Both the position numbers and the translations under genes were made by a program. Source: Eledone cirrhosa (lineage: Eukaryota). From it: a DNA stretch of 64,000 nucleotides. The notes below the pieces were generated by a model. It saw only the letters and a list, made by a program, of their open reading frames with translations, was not told where the DNA came from and made no database searches. Within the stretch, counting starts at the first letter, position 1. The number at the start of each line of letters is the position of its first letter. Shown one piece after another: positions 12,428-33,690 of the stretch. The stretch spans positions 338,582,001 through 338,646,000 of the forward strand of contig OZ024741.1 of assembly GCA_964016885.1 (NCBI GenBank). Direction: 5' to 3'.

Positions 12428-13062
12428 CATCATCATCATCAACGTTTAACGTCCGTGTTCCACGCTTGCATGGGTTTGGACGGGGGTTTTCCCACTTGAG
12501 GCAAGAGTGATTGTCTTGCTCGCATAGGACTGTCTGGCAGGTTTTCTACAGTTGGATGCCCTTCCTAACACCAACCACATTTACAGTGTGGGTCTGGGAG
12601 GTTTTTACCGTGTTGCCTACACGGCCACATTACAGCGTGGACTGTGTTTTTTTTTGTCGTGACACCTACACGATCTCATTTGTTTCGGCCTGGATGGTGT
12701 GGCACCAACACAACTTTACATAGAAGGGGGCGGTGTGGATGGGGTGGGGGTGGTGGTGGTGGGACGGGGGTGTATTTTGTTAGAGATGCCTACTGACTGT
12801 AGTAGGTTTTACTTTGTATTTAGGTAAGGCGGGTCTTCTCTATTACTGAGTACCGCCAAAGGTCTCGGTCCAGTGACATTGTCTTGGTGAGGTGTAAGTG
12901 TGTGAGGTCGGAGTTTATCAGCTCGTCCCAGGTTTTTCTGGGTCTGCCTATTCCGTGGCTACCGTCTATCTTTATTGCCCTGCACTTTGTTATACAGCTA
13001 TCGTCCTTCATGCGCATCACGTGACCATACCAACGTAGCCTTCTCTCGAGTAAACAACATCT
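12428..13062 (-). mobile_element. RTE LINE 3' end (subfamily A) between TA runs
   Basis: MRMKDDSCITKCRAIKIDGSHGIGRPRKTW plus the shared 3' UTR and (CAT)n on the plus strand. Confidence 0.88.
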
Positions 13063-13419
13063 ATATATATATATATATATATCATCATCATCATCGTTTA
13101 ACGTCTATCTTCCACGCTACCATGGATTAGACAGGTTTGTTCCATCAGATGTAAGTTGGGACGGGTGACCGTCTCACTCGTATAGAACTGTTTCTGGCTG
13201 GTTTTCTATGGCTGGATACTCTTCCTAACGCCAACCATATTTACAGTGTCTGCTGGATGCTTTTTGCCATGCCCCCTACACAACCACTTTACAGTGTGGG
13301 CTGAGTGCTTTTTGGCGTGACACCTACACGGCCACTTTACAGTGTGGGCTGGATGTTTTGTGGTACTAACATAATATATATATATATACACACACATATA
13401 TACATCATGATAATGAGGA

Positions 13420-13460
<41 letters not shown>

Positions 13461-13859
13461 TGTATATACATATATCATCATCACCACCATTTTATGTGTA
13501 TTCTTCCACTCTTGCATGGGTTAGATAAGTTCTCCTGTTGTGGGCAATGCGAGGTCAGGTGACCATGTCTTGCTCATACAGAACTGATTCTGGCTTGGTA
13601 TCTACAGCAAGATGCTCTTCCTAACGCCAACCACATTTACAGTCAGTACTGAGTGCCTTTTGTCATAACACCCACACAACCACTTTACAGTGTGGGCTGG
13701 GGGCGTCACTGGATGCATTTACTTCAGCCTGACCTCATGGGGGTGTATGGGAGGGTGGGTTGGGGCATACAGTATATATGCTTCAGCTCGTGCTCATGAG
13801 AAGTCAGGTCTTCTGTATTTATATATATATGTGTGTGTGTGTGTGTGAGAGAGAGAGAA

Positions 13860-14048
13860 AGAGTCCCGGGTTCAATCGGGAGTAACCACAGTAAGTAAGG
13901 TACCAACAAATTGAAGAGTATATACAAAATTTAATATAGAAATGGCTTCTACAGGACGAGAACTGTTTCATTTGAAGGAAACCATCCTGGTGATTTCCTT
14001 CGAATTAAACAGTTCTAATCCTGTAGAAGCCATTTCTTTATCAAATTT
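13860..14048. mobile_element. Penelope-like terminal module as an inverted pair, containing a degenerate type I hammerhead motif
   Basis: Palindrome 13927-14048. Core CTGGTGA-tttccttcgaat-TAAA-cag...ctg-TA-gaag. Homologous to 48372-48506 and 53472-53640. Confidence 0.6.
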
Positions 14049-14962
14049 ATATATATATATATAAATAGGGTGGTGCCCCAGCTGGCCTCAGCCGGATGGC
14101 TGGAACAGGTAAAAGAGTAAAAGTACATATATATATATATATAGAGAGAGAGAGAATCTGCAGTACTGGGACCAGGAAGAACATAAATCAAAGAAGTACT
14201 TGATATATGTTATGATGCCGAAAGCTCCCTGGTTTCAGCTAGTTACTGAAGAGGTAAGTAGCTGAAACCACTGAACTCACAGTTGATCCTCTACTTCTAC
14301 TAATATATATATATATCATCATCATCGATTAACATCTATCTTCCACGCCAGCATGGGTTAGTACTATTTAGAGGCAAGTTGGGTTGGGTGACCATGTCAC
14401 ACTCATATATATATACACACACACACAAGATAAACATTAAATTAAACAAACAAATGAAGCTACCAAAAAGTATATTTTACTCATAACCTTTTGACATTAT
14501 TCATAAAATCAATTCTTGTTTCAGTAACCTGACTTTCTTAATTTTGAGGGTGCACAATTTTCACTTCAACATTCTTTTGTTGAAGCTCTTAAAAATGCAA
14601 CATGGAGTTGTCTTTGACAGGAAACGGTGGCTGTTGTGTAAATTCCAACATTATCAAAAGTTTGTCTTTGGTGGGGTTTTTTTCCACTGAGGTGACTGGT
14701 TGTGGATTGTCCTGGCAAAATGTACATTAAATGCTAATGATGATTGCCTACTTAGAATTCTCACAGAATGATTTTCCACATACTTCAGTTTTCTTTTTCA
14801 AGAGTGTTCTGTTGTGTTTTGTTAAATTACCTCGACTGACAAAAAATTTCCCACATATGACAAAAGATTTTCCACAAAGTGGTAGGGTTTTTTTTCTGAA
14901 GAGTGTATTCTGTTGTGTATTTTGTTAAACTACTACTGTTGTTAAATGATTTCCCACATATT

Positions 14963-16120
14963 TCAGTTGTATGGTTTCTCTCTAGTGTGTATTCTGTTGT
15001 GTTTTGTTAAATTACCACTAGTGACGAAAGAATTCCCACATATTTCGCAGTGGTAGGGTTTTTCTCCAGTGTGACTACGTATGTGAATTACAAGATAAGA
15101 TTTATGAAGGAAAGAATGCCCACATATTTCACAGTGAAACTGTTTTACTCCAGTGTGTATCTGCTTGTGTCTTGTTAAACTATTGTTTTGGACAAAAGAT
15201 TTCCCACAAATTTCACAACAATAGGGTTTTTCTCCAGTGTGGCTACGTTTGTGGATTGTCAACTTATAACTAAAACAGAATGATTTCCCACATATTTCAC
15301 AGCAAAATGGCTTTTCTCCAGTGTGGTCTGTTTTGTGTGATTTTAAGTGACTATTTGTCATGAAATATTTCCCACATATTTCACAATGATACGGTTTTTC
15401 TCCAGTGTGTATTCGTTTGTGGATTTTAAGATGAGAATTATTAATAAAAGATTTCTCACATATTTCACATTGAAACTGCTTTTCTCCAGAGTGTATTTGT
15501 TTGTGTTGTGTCAAATTACGATTAGAAATAAAAGATTTCCCACATATTTTACAATAATAAGGTCTTTCTCCTGTGTGGCTACGTTTATGGACTATCAGCT
15601 CATAATTCCCACGGAATGATTTTCCACATAATTCACAGTGAACTGCTTTTTCTCCAGTATGAAGTCTGTTGTGTGTTCTTAAACTACTGTTATAGGCAAA
15701 AGATTTCCGACATACTTTACAGTTGTAGGGCTTTTCCCCAGTATGACTACGTTTGTGGATTGTAAGCATATAATTTTCTCTGAAAGACTTCCCACATATT
15801 AGACAGATAAACGGTTTTTCTCCAGTGTGTATTCTTTTGTGACTTGTTAAATTACAGTTAGAGACAAAATATTTTCCACATATTTCACAATGGTAGAGTT
15901 TTTTGTTATTGTCTATTTCGGTGTGAGTGAAGAATTTTTCTAAAGAGAACGTTTTCTTACAAATCCCACAACGATATTCACTATTTTTTTTGTGCATTGG
16001 TTTTTGTTTAGTAAACGTTTCACTTTGTAATGTTTTTTTGTCGGTGCATGTCTGTGTATCAGAGTCTGGATTCTTCGAATCAGTTGTTTCAGAAATGCCC
16101 AACAGATTAACGTCCTCCAT
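14963..16120 (-). CDS. C2H2 zinc-finger protein, 11 intact fingers plus 1 degenerate (ZNF-B), paralog of ZNF-A
   Basis: 385-aa ORF. It starts MEDVN (ZNF-A starts MEEVN), and its 5' flank is homologous to that of ZNF-A. Confidence 0.92.
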   Translation of the reverse strand: MEDVNLLGISETTDSKNPDSDTQTCTDKKTLQSETFTKQKPMHKKNSEYRCGICKKTFSLEKFFTHTEIDNNKKLYHCEICGKYFVSNCNLTSHKRIHTGEKPFICLICGKSFRENYMLTIHKRSHTGEKPYNCKVCRKSFAYNSSLRTHNRLHTGEKAVHCELCGKSFRGNYELIVHKRSHTGERPYYCKICGKSFISNRNLTQHKQIHSGEKQFQCEICEKSFINNSHLKIHKRIHTGEKPYHCEICGKYFMTNSHLKSHKTDHTGEKPFCCEICGKSFCFSYKLTIHKRSHTGEKPYCCEICGKSFVQNNSLTRHKQIHTGVKQFHCEICGHSFLHKSYLVIHIRSHTGEKPYHCEICGNSFVTSGNLTKHNRIHTREKPYN

Positions 16121-18639
16121 TATTAAATTCTCGAGGAAGGTTTTTTAAAAGCTGAGAAATAATGCCTGCGAAATATAATTAAGGTCCAGTGTCTTGTTTT
16201 GGATAGCATGGAATTGTGTTTACAAGTGAGGGGATCAATTTTCTACATACCTATTGTTCATTTCAAAGTAACACACATATTGTTAAATTGTTAACAAGAA
16301 AAATAATTCAATTTCTACGTTAAGAAACATGGATAAGACTTACTGGTGCTATGACTGCAACGGAGACCCTGAAACGAATAAATCGTTGTGTGTCAGCTAA
16401 AACATTAATATGATATGATTTGTGAGATATATGTTATAATTGGCGGTGTCAATGACAATTTCTTCCTCCACGCATAAATACACCGGTGACACCCGTTAAA
16501 ATTGTCTGACATAATTTAATACATTCAGAAAGGGCTTTAAATATATCAAGTTGTTCCTGCAATTGTATCTAACACAAAGTAAATCGAAAACCGGCAAAAC
16601 AACTAATACCTATCAGCAAAGCAGCATCTATGTCATGATTGGACCTGATAGATGTAGCAAAGTCATTTTCCCTCGAATCACACCCAACTGTCTTTAAAAA
16701 AAAAATTTGACATTGTAAATAAAGATACGAAAGAAAAAATGGTCACAGTTGGAGCGGCCTTGAACTTAAGTTGGTTCTGTCAGTTTTGTTTGGGACTAAT
16801 CAATACCTTGAACTTAAGTCTGCACTGTCAGTTTTGTTTGGGACTAATCAACAACGTCGAATAATCCACATAAACAAAAGAAATAAGATATCTCATAGAA
16901 AATAAATTGAGTCGTATAACCATGTATTTATGTAAGTATACTTCAGCCTATACACATGTATATAGATTCTTGTACGTATATGTTTGACCATGTATTTATG
17001 TAACTATATACATATGTATGTAGATGTTTGTATGTATATATGTTTGAGCCTGTATACATCAGCCTATACACATGTATATAGATGTTTGTACGTATATATG
17101 TTTGACCATATATCCATGTTACTATACGTCTCTACATACATGAATATAGATGTTTGTATGTATATAAAATAAACACATAAACAACGTGAAGACGACCACT
17201 CTACTCAAAACAAGGCGAAAACCAAATTGCCCAAAGACAGTAGCGGGAAGATTAGAAGAGGAGCGGTAGTCAGGGACCCACAATTTTCAAAGGGACCCTA
17301 ATAAATTTTTTTTGCTATTAAAAATAATATAACCCAACGATATTCTAGTCGCCTCAAACAAGCTCAATCCTCTCCAGTGCAAAGAAAGAAAGATATTTAA
17401 AACACAAATTTTTTTTTTTTAAAGATGAAAAGTTGGAGAGACACATACCATCATTATCATCACTATCACTGCTTAATATCTATTTTCCATGCTTGCATGG
17501 GTTAGTTGAGTTATCCTGTTTTGAGGCTTGACATGACGAGTGACTATTGTTTTGGTCATGGTTTCTGTAGCTGAATGCCTTTTCTAATGCTAATCACTTT
17601 ACAGCATGACCTGGGAGCATTTTTCGCTGAACCAACACTACCAAATTATAGGGTTGAATGGGTACTTTTCATCGTGAAACTAGCACTGTCACTTTATAAG
17701 TTTGACTGAGTGCTTTGTGTCATGGCACCAGTACTACCATCTTACAGCATAGACTAGGTTTCATTTTGTTGTCACACCAGCACTACCTCCTTACAGTGTT
17801 TACTAGGTTTCATTTTGTCATGGTACCATCACTACCACCTTACAAAGTGTATTTAACCAAAGCACCAGCACTAGAGAGGTTGTTGTGTCCTTGACACAAG
17901 AGAAGAATCCTCTTAATCTTTCGTTTGACATGTAGACTATAGTTAGATACCCTTTTTAACGTCAACCATTTCATAGAGTACAGGATGCATATTATCATGG
18001 CACCAGCACCAGGAAGGTTGTTGACTGAAGAGCCCTTGCAACATTATAAAGGAAGAAGACGGAATGTCATGTCCCTAGATTATATAGAAGATAATAATTG
18101 TTTCTACTTTTGGCGCAAGGCCAGCAATTACCCAGAAACTACATATGACAGTTGCAGCTTGATAATGTTTGTCTTCCCCATTTGGTCAATATTGATCTTA
18201 TTTACATATATATCTAATCTATTTCATTCATTTTATTTCACCTTTTCTTCTTACACCCATTAGTTAGAATATATTAAATGTATATTAAATCACATTTCCA
18301 ACTCACTTTTGATTACTGTAATGAAATATACTCTAATCCCTTGAAATTCATTAAGAATTTTGAGGGTTTAATAAAGTTATCAATTACTTCATTACTTAGA
18401 TAGTAACTTATTATATGGTTCTTATAATAAGTAGGAACCCTGAATATGGATTATTTTGTTTCATAGAATTAGAACCAGTTTTGGCTGGGTTATTTATTTA
18501 ATCAATTTAAACATCCATACAGAGCTAGTAAGCCATGACAGATTAAGGGAAGTATCTAGTACTTCTCACAGTAGAGAAACAAAAAAAAAACAAACAAAAT
18601 ATACAGGGGTAAACAAATACCTTCTTCTTCACCTACTTA

Positions 18640-20600
18640 CTCATGGGGGCAGAGTCCTCAAACACTCCTTCCAGCAGGTCCTGTCATAAGCAACTGTCTC
18701 CAACTGATCCGGCTGAATCCCCAAGCAAGACCAGCCAAACTCATGGATGTTGTCCAATCATCTTGCTCAGGGTTTACCCCTGGGTCTCTTACCTGTTGGT
18801 TTCACCAGTAAAATCTGTCCAGCGATTCTTTCCTGATACATTCTAACCACATGTCCATAGTATCGGAGCTGTGATCTTTCAATTCAGAGTAGCAGCTCTA
18901 CCTGGAATGACTCTCTGATCCACGCACTCTATTCAGTAACGTTACTCCAAAGACCCTTTGGAGGAACCCCCATTTCAGCCGCTTGTATTCTTTTGATCAT
19001 TTCCCAAGATTCATGACCATAAAGGTGGGCACAAATACCAAATTGAAGATAGCGAGTTTGGCTTTTACGCCTACCTCTCTTCTAATTATGAATGCTAAAG
19101 CATTACTGCACCAGCTCCTGCAATTCTTGCACTTAATTCAGCCACCTGCCTTCCATCACTCGTGAACACAGTCCCCGAGATACTTGAGCTGCTCTACCTG
19201 TTTCAGTGGAATTCTATTCACATGTAGCATGCACTGCACAGGCTCCCTTGAGGGGACGAATGTCTCAGTCTTCGCAGCACTGATTTTCATTCCAGCCATA
19301 CAGCACTCAGCATCAAACCTATCGAGTGCAAATCGAAGATCACCTTCTGTCTAGTTATGTAACACCATGTCATCTACAAATTCCAGCTGACTGATTTTAT
19401 ACCTGCCAGTCGCGATACCACTTTCAGCCTGGCTGCTCATGTCAATCCTGTTCATGTAAATAATGAACAGGAGAGGTGACAGTACTCACCCTTGGCAGAG
19501 TCCGACTCCTGCATTTAATGATTTTGATTTAGCTCCATTTATCCAAACAATTTTTGGGGCATTCGTATAGACATCAGGGCAGCAAGTAGCTGAGCATCAA
19601 TCCCATACTCCTACAGAACCTTCTGCAACAGGTCCTGAAGAAAGCAGTCATATGCCTTTTCAAGATCGATAAAACAAGAATATACCTCTTGCCAATAATC
19701 CCACGATTTCTGAAAGACCTCTCGCGATGTGAATATTTGGTTGGCTGTGCTGCATCCAGGTGAAAACCACACTGTTCATGATCTAGCTTGGACTCGACAA
19801 ACTCCCTGCATCTCTTTGCCAGACACTTAGTATAGACTTTATCGGGGAGGCTTAACAAGGAGATCCCTCTGTAGTTGGAATAATCCCTCGTCTCCCTTTT
19901 TGATAATTGGGTTTATCACTCCTGATTGCTGTTGTTTAGGTGTCTTTCCAAAGATCTAGGCCACCCGGCACACATGAGTCAGCCAGAGAATACCTTCTCT
20001 ATATAATGGTTTTAACATCTCAGGCAAGATTTCATCTTCTCCAGTGGCCTTACCACATTTGAGCTCTTTAACTGCTCTTGTGACCTCAGCCCCTGAGAGA
20101 TTAGTCACCTCTCCCAGATGCACTTTGTGTACATCAGATGTTGTGATTCGGTTTAGATCAGCAAAGTATTCTCTCCACCTTGCGAGGACGCACCTCTCTG
20201 AAGAGAGAACCCCAGACGCGTTCCTGATAGCAGGTGTGGAGGGGGAGGACTTATTATGAAGTCGGCGGATGGCCTGCCAGAACACTTTATTTATTTACTG
20301 ATCTGAAGTTGGATTCCACCTTAACCCCAGAGTCCTCCCTTGACTGAACCAAGGGGTCCAGCGGCATGCCAAGCCTCTTTTTCCCACAGCATTTAACAGC
20401 TGAAGCAGAAACTGCTGTGCTAAACAATCTCCATACTGTCTCAACATTCTCAGTTTGCTCAGAGAGTTCTCTGAATATGGATGCAATAGTATCTGCATAC
20501 CTGATCCGGACTTGCTTATCCACCAATGCTTCCCACTTTATCCTGTAGGTCACCCTAGACCTGCCAGTTTTGTGAGCTTCCTTGGCTTTAGTTAGTCTCA
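18640..20600 (-). mobile_element. Degenerate RTE (Expander/Rex3-like) LINE
   Basis: RWREYFADL, KCGKATGEDEILPEMLK, NYRGISLLSLPDKVY, EQCGF and LKYLG motifs, with many stops and frameshifts. Confidence 0.82.
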
Positions 20601-20949
20601 AGATCTAGATAGTGATCAGTTCATAGCTAATATAAAAATAAAATAAATAAATAGATATATAAAAAAAATTTAAATAGGATTAGTAAAAAAATAGTTATAC
20701 CACTGATTTAATAAATGTTGTTGGCATTAGGAAGGGCATCAACCATAGAAACCAAGCCCAAAACAGTTCTGTATGAGCAAGACATGGTCATCTGATTTGG
20801 CTTGTCTCACAACAGGACAACTCGTCTCACCCATGATAGTGTGGAACATTGGACGTTAAATGATGATGATGACGATGAATTTTATGAGAAATATATATAT
20901 AATTACGTATTGTGTTTCACAATGGGACAACTCATCTAACCCATGCTAG

Positions 20950-21389
20950 TGTAGTGACCTACATTCCGTGGGCTCACATACATTCTCTGTGCGTGATTTG
21001 GCTCAGCTCAGCCAATCAGCGCCAGTAGAAGAGGATGTATCCCTACGCGTTCTGAGGGAGAAATAGCCCGCAAAGATTTGAGGACGCTATCACTTCCAGC
21101 TAGACCGTACTAAGGTAAACACCACTTGTTCTTTTGCTCTGCCAGCACAAACAATATGTAACGACACAACAATTTTACTACGGAATTGGCTAAACGCCTC
21201 AGCCAGTCGACCGTATTTTCTCTTGTAATCTTAATTGATTTGTTTTATTTCTCTTGGCATGCCAGCTTAATTCACTTCTTAACCTTTGTTAATAAATAAT
21301 GTAAAAACAAACCTGGTTCCTCGTGGCAACATTACAACTCTCTAAATATACTATTCTCTACCACATTGGTGACAACATCTTCAGCCAAA
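20950..21389 (+). mobile_element. Variant LTR related to the Trp-primed family, inserted in an RTE tail
   Basis: The first ~120 bp match 45882/47934 (TGTAGTGACCTACATTCCG...). It ends ..CTACCACA followed by TGGTGAC, and CTAG is present on both flanks. Confidence 0.7.
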
Positions 21390-22372
21390 CTAGCATGGAA
21401 AACGGACCTTAAACAGTGATGATGATGTTGATGATGATGTTGATAATGATAAACATAACAATAACAAAACAAAAACAAAATTTTTTTAAATTAACAAATG
21501 AAAGACAATCTTTACAATAATATATATTTTCAGTTGTCTAGTATATTGACATAAAGGAAGTGGATGAGTAATTTTTCTTATATTGGTTAAGAAATTCAAA
21601 CCAGAGCTCAAATGGCTAACATTTCTATTTCCAACCTGTTTCTTTCTTCTGCACCTAAAAAATATAAATTAATAAAAGTGTCCAGTCCACATTGTAAAGT
21701 TATCGTGTAGGTGACACGACAAAAAGCACTCAGTCCACATTGTAAAGTTGTTGTGTTGGTGACACGACAAAAAGCATGCAGTCCATACTGTAAAGTGATC
21801 ATGTCGGTGACATGACAAAAAGCACCCAGTACACACAGTAAAGTGGTCATGTAGGAGTCACGTCAAAAAATACCCAGTACATAGTGTAAATGTGGTTCAT
21901 GTTAGGTCAGGCATCTAGCCATAGAAATCATGCAAATACTAGTTCTGTATGAGCAAGACACAGTCATCTGATATGGCTTGTCTCACAACATGACAGCCCA
22001 TCTACCCCATGCTAGCATGGAAAATGTACATTAAACAGTGATGATGATGATAATGATGATGTTTTTTTCTTGCCACTGGTAACTTCATAAAATGTGAAAA
22101 AAGACTTGAACATGCATTGGTAGTTTTATATATAAGAAATAGACATCTAAATATGATAAATTGGTTGAAAGAAAGTTTGTTGATTGCTATTTGATGCCAG
22201 GGTTGTACATTTGGGTTGAGAAAAAGTAAAGAATTGTCTTTAAGTGTTTTAATTAATTGTGGTCTCTCTTTTCTTTTCCTCTTCATTGCTTTTATATCAT
22301 CTTGTCTTTCACTGTGAAGCATATCACATAACTGACAGATGTCCACTAGATGTTTCTTTTCATCTGGAACAT

Positions 22373-31667
<9,295 letters not shown>

Positions 31668-32096
31668 TGCTTAAATCTGCTTCCCTTGTAAAAACCTGGT
31701 TAGTTTCACTTTGGCAGGAGGTATAAACACCTGTGAAGAAAACTTGACTCTTAATTCACTTTGCAACTGCTTCTACTAAACATAATTCACAAAACATTAA
31801 TATATGTATATAATATAGAAGTCCAAACTTTGTATGCGTATCTTGTGTTTGTGTGTGTATGTGTATAACTATGTGTATGTATATGTTTATCTTTGTCTTT
31901 ACTCCATATTTGATACTGTTTGTATATGTGTGTGTACCTGTACTCCATATCTGACACTACCTGTGAAGGCAGTGATGTTTGTTTATTTTAGGGGCTCACC
32001 ACATGACATTAGAACCTTATTAAGAAACAAGAGTTACCGTCAAACATGATCACTGGCTATAGAACATGATCTCAAAACAAGAATTAGCCGGCCCTC

Positions 32097-32151
<55 letters not shown>

Positions 32152-32153
<2 letters not shown>

Positions 32154-32318
32154 AGGGTAGGTTGACTATGACGGACTGATGCTAGAGCTGTGAAATCTTG
32201 CATGAATTAATTTCAACTACATTGTTTTTTTCCAGGGACTATGTTGAAAAATAAACCTCATCTGGTCATTCCATGAACGTATCTTGGTCAACCTATGAAC
32301 CTTTCAGCCGACCCTCGT
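32152..32318. mobile_element. mariner-type MITE (degenerate copy)
   Basis: Ends CCTATGAACCTTTCAGCCGACCCTCG|TA. Same family as 58866-59066. Confidence 0.7.
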
Positions 32319-32892
32319 ATATCGATCGTTCTACATAATAAAATAAATACTACCTGATTGATCTGTATATGTAAATTCCAAATGATTTATTAATAATAAA
32401 AATACTTTACAAAAAAAGGAAATATTGAAACAAGCATAGACATCACTTTATTTCTTTTCTAGGAAAGCCGTTAACCTAACACGAAAGCGTTTTAAGATAG
32501 TAAAGAAAATAAATACCACATTGTCATCTTCGGCTGTGGAGCCTTGGTAACGGTGTTCGACGAATTCTATCGCCTCCTAATATAATGTTTCGTTCATATT
32601 TTAATTAGAAATAATTGTTTCTACTATTGGCACAAGGCCAGCAGAATACCGAGTACATTACTGGTACTTTATTTTATGAGAGCTTTTGGTATTTTACCTT
32701 CATGATGTGAAATATATCGTTCTTTATTAGTGTAGCTTGGTTCAAGTTTACGAATGTAAAAAAAGTTGTTATTTTTAAATTTTTGTATTTAATAACTTTA
32801 TTTTGTACAATACTGGATAAGCCACTGAAATTGGTCACAGGCAAACACACTACCCTGGAAATTTAGCACTCGCAGAAAGTAAACAGCACCGT

Positions 32893-33120
32893 ACTATAGT
32901 GGTAAGGGTGTTGGATTTACGAGCACAACGTCGTAAGTTTGACTCCTGGACTGGGTTGTGTGTTGTGTTCTTGAGCAAAATACTTCATTTCACGTTGCTC
33001 CAGTATATTCAACTGGAAATAAGTACCAGCAGTAGCTGGGGGTTTACCCTGCAATGAACTGAAGTCCCGTCCAGAGGGGAGTCTTATATTTTCAGTGGCT
33101 TCACGCCACGAAACCGGCTT
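32893..33120 (+). mobile_element. tRNA-derived SINE (MetaSINE-like central domain)
   Basis: A-box-like TAGTGGTAAGG and B-box-like GTTTGACTCC, then TTCTTGAGCAAAATACTT..TTGCTCCAGT. Confidence 0.65.
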
Positions 33121-33267
33121 CAGACAGACTTTAGACATTTAGACTTAGATCAGAGGGAGACATGAAAGCAGGACCAGATATAGATAGGGGGAGCAATTCA
33201 GGTTAGGTTGGCCCCTGATATTAAAAAACGCACACATTCACAATATATATATAAATATATGTGTGTG

Positions 33268-33690
33268 TGTGGCGACGTCTGTCTACGCCTTGAACCCTGG
33301 GTCGCACCTAAAAGTCAAATTCTAGGTCACCATCCTTTTCGGTGTGATTAAGTTCATGCGTGGACGATCCTTCGAGGCGGGAGACAGAGAGCAACAGGTA
33401 TAAAAAGCCTGTATCATCCCACGTCTAACACAGAGAGATCGGAGCATTACGCTATAGAATAGCTATGTGAAAGATTCACCGCTACCTACAGGCCGCTGAG
33501 GTCTACAGACAACCACAGACCATTACTCTCTCTCTCTCTTTCCTGGTTTCAGACTACACCAGCCGCATGAACCAACAACAAAATAACATTGTCAACCTTT
33601 GCGACTCGTTAACTTATTTGTTGTTATTTTTTACTGAAGTGAAGTAAACCTTTTCATATATAAAGTAAATCAGCTATTCCTGTTATTTCA
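33268..33690 (+). mobile_element. LTR of family B, interrupted at its 3' end
   Basis: Starts TGTGGCGAC and has a TATA-like GTATAAAAAG. Homologous to the reverse complement of 57735-58335. Confidence 0.72.

Noticed and set aside
14225-14295. CTGAAGA...GAAA hammerhead-like string with a short inverted repeat
   Set aside because: Helix I and the UH site cannot be placed convincingly, so it is too degenerate to call.
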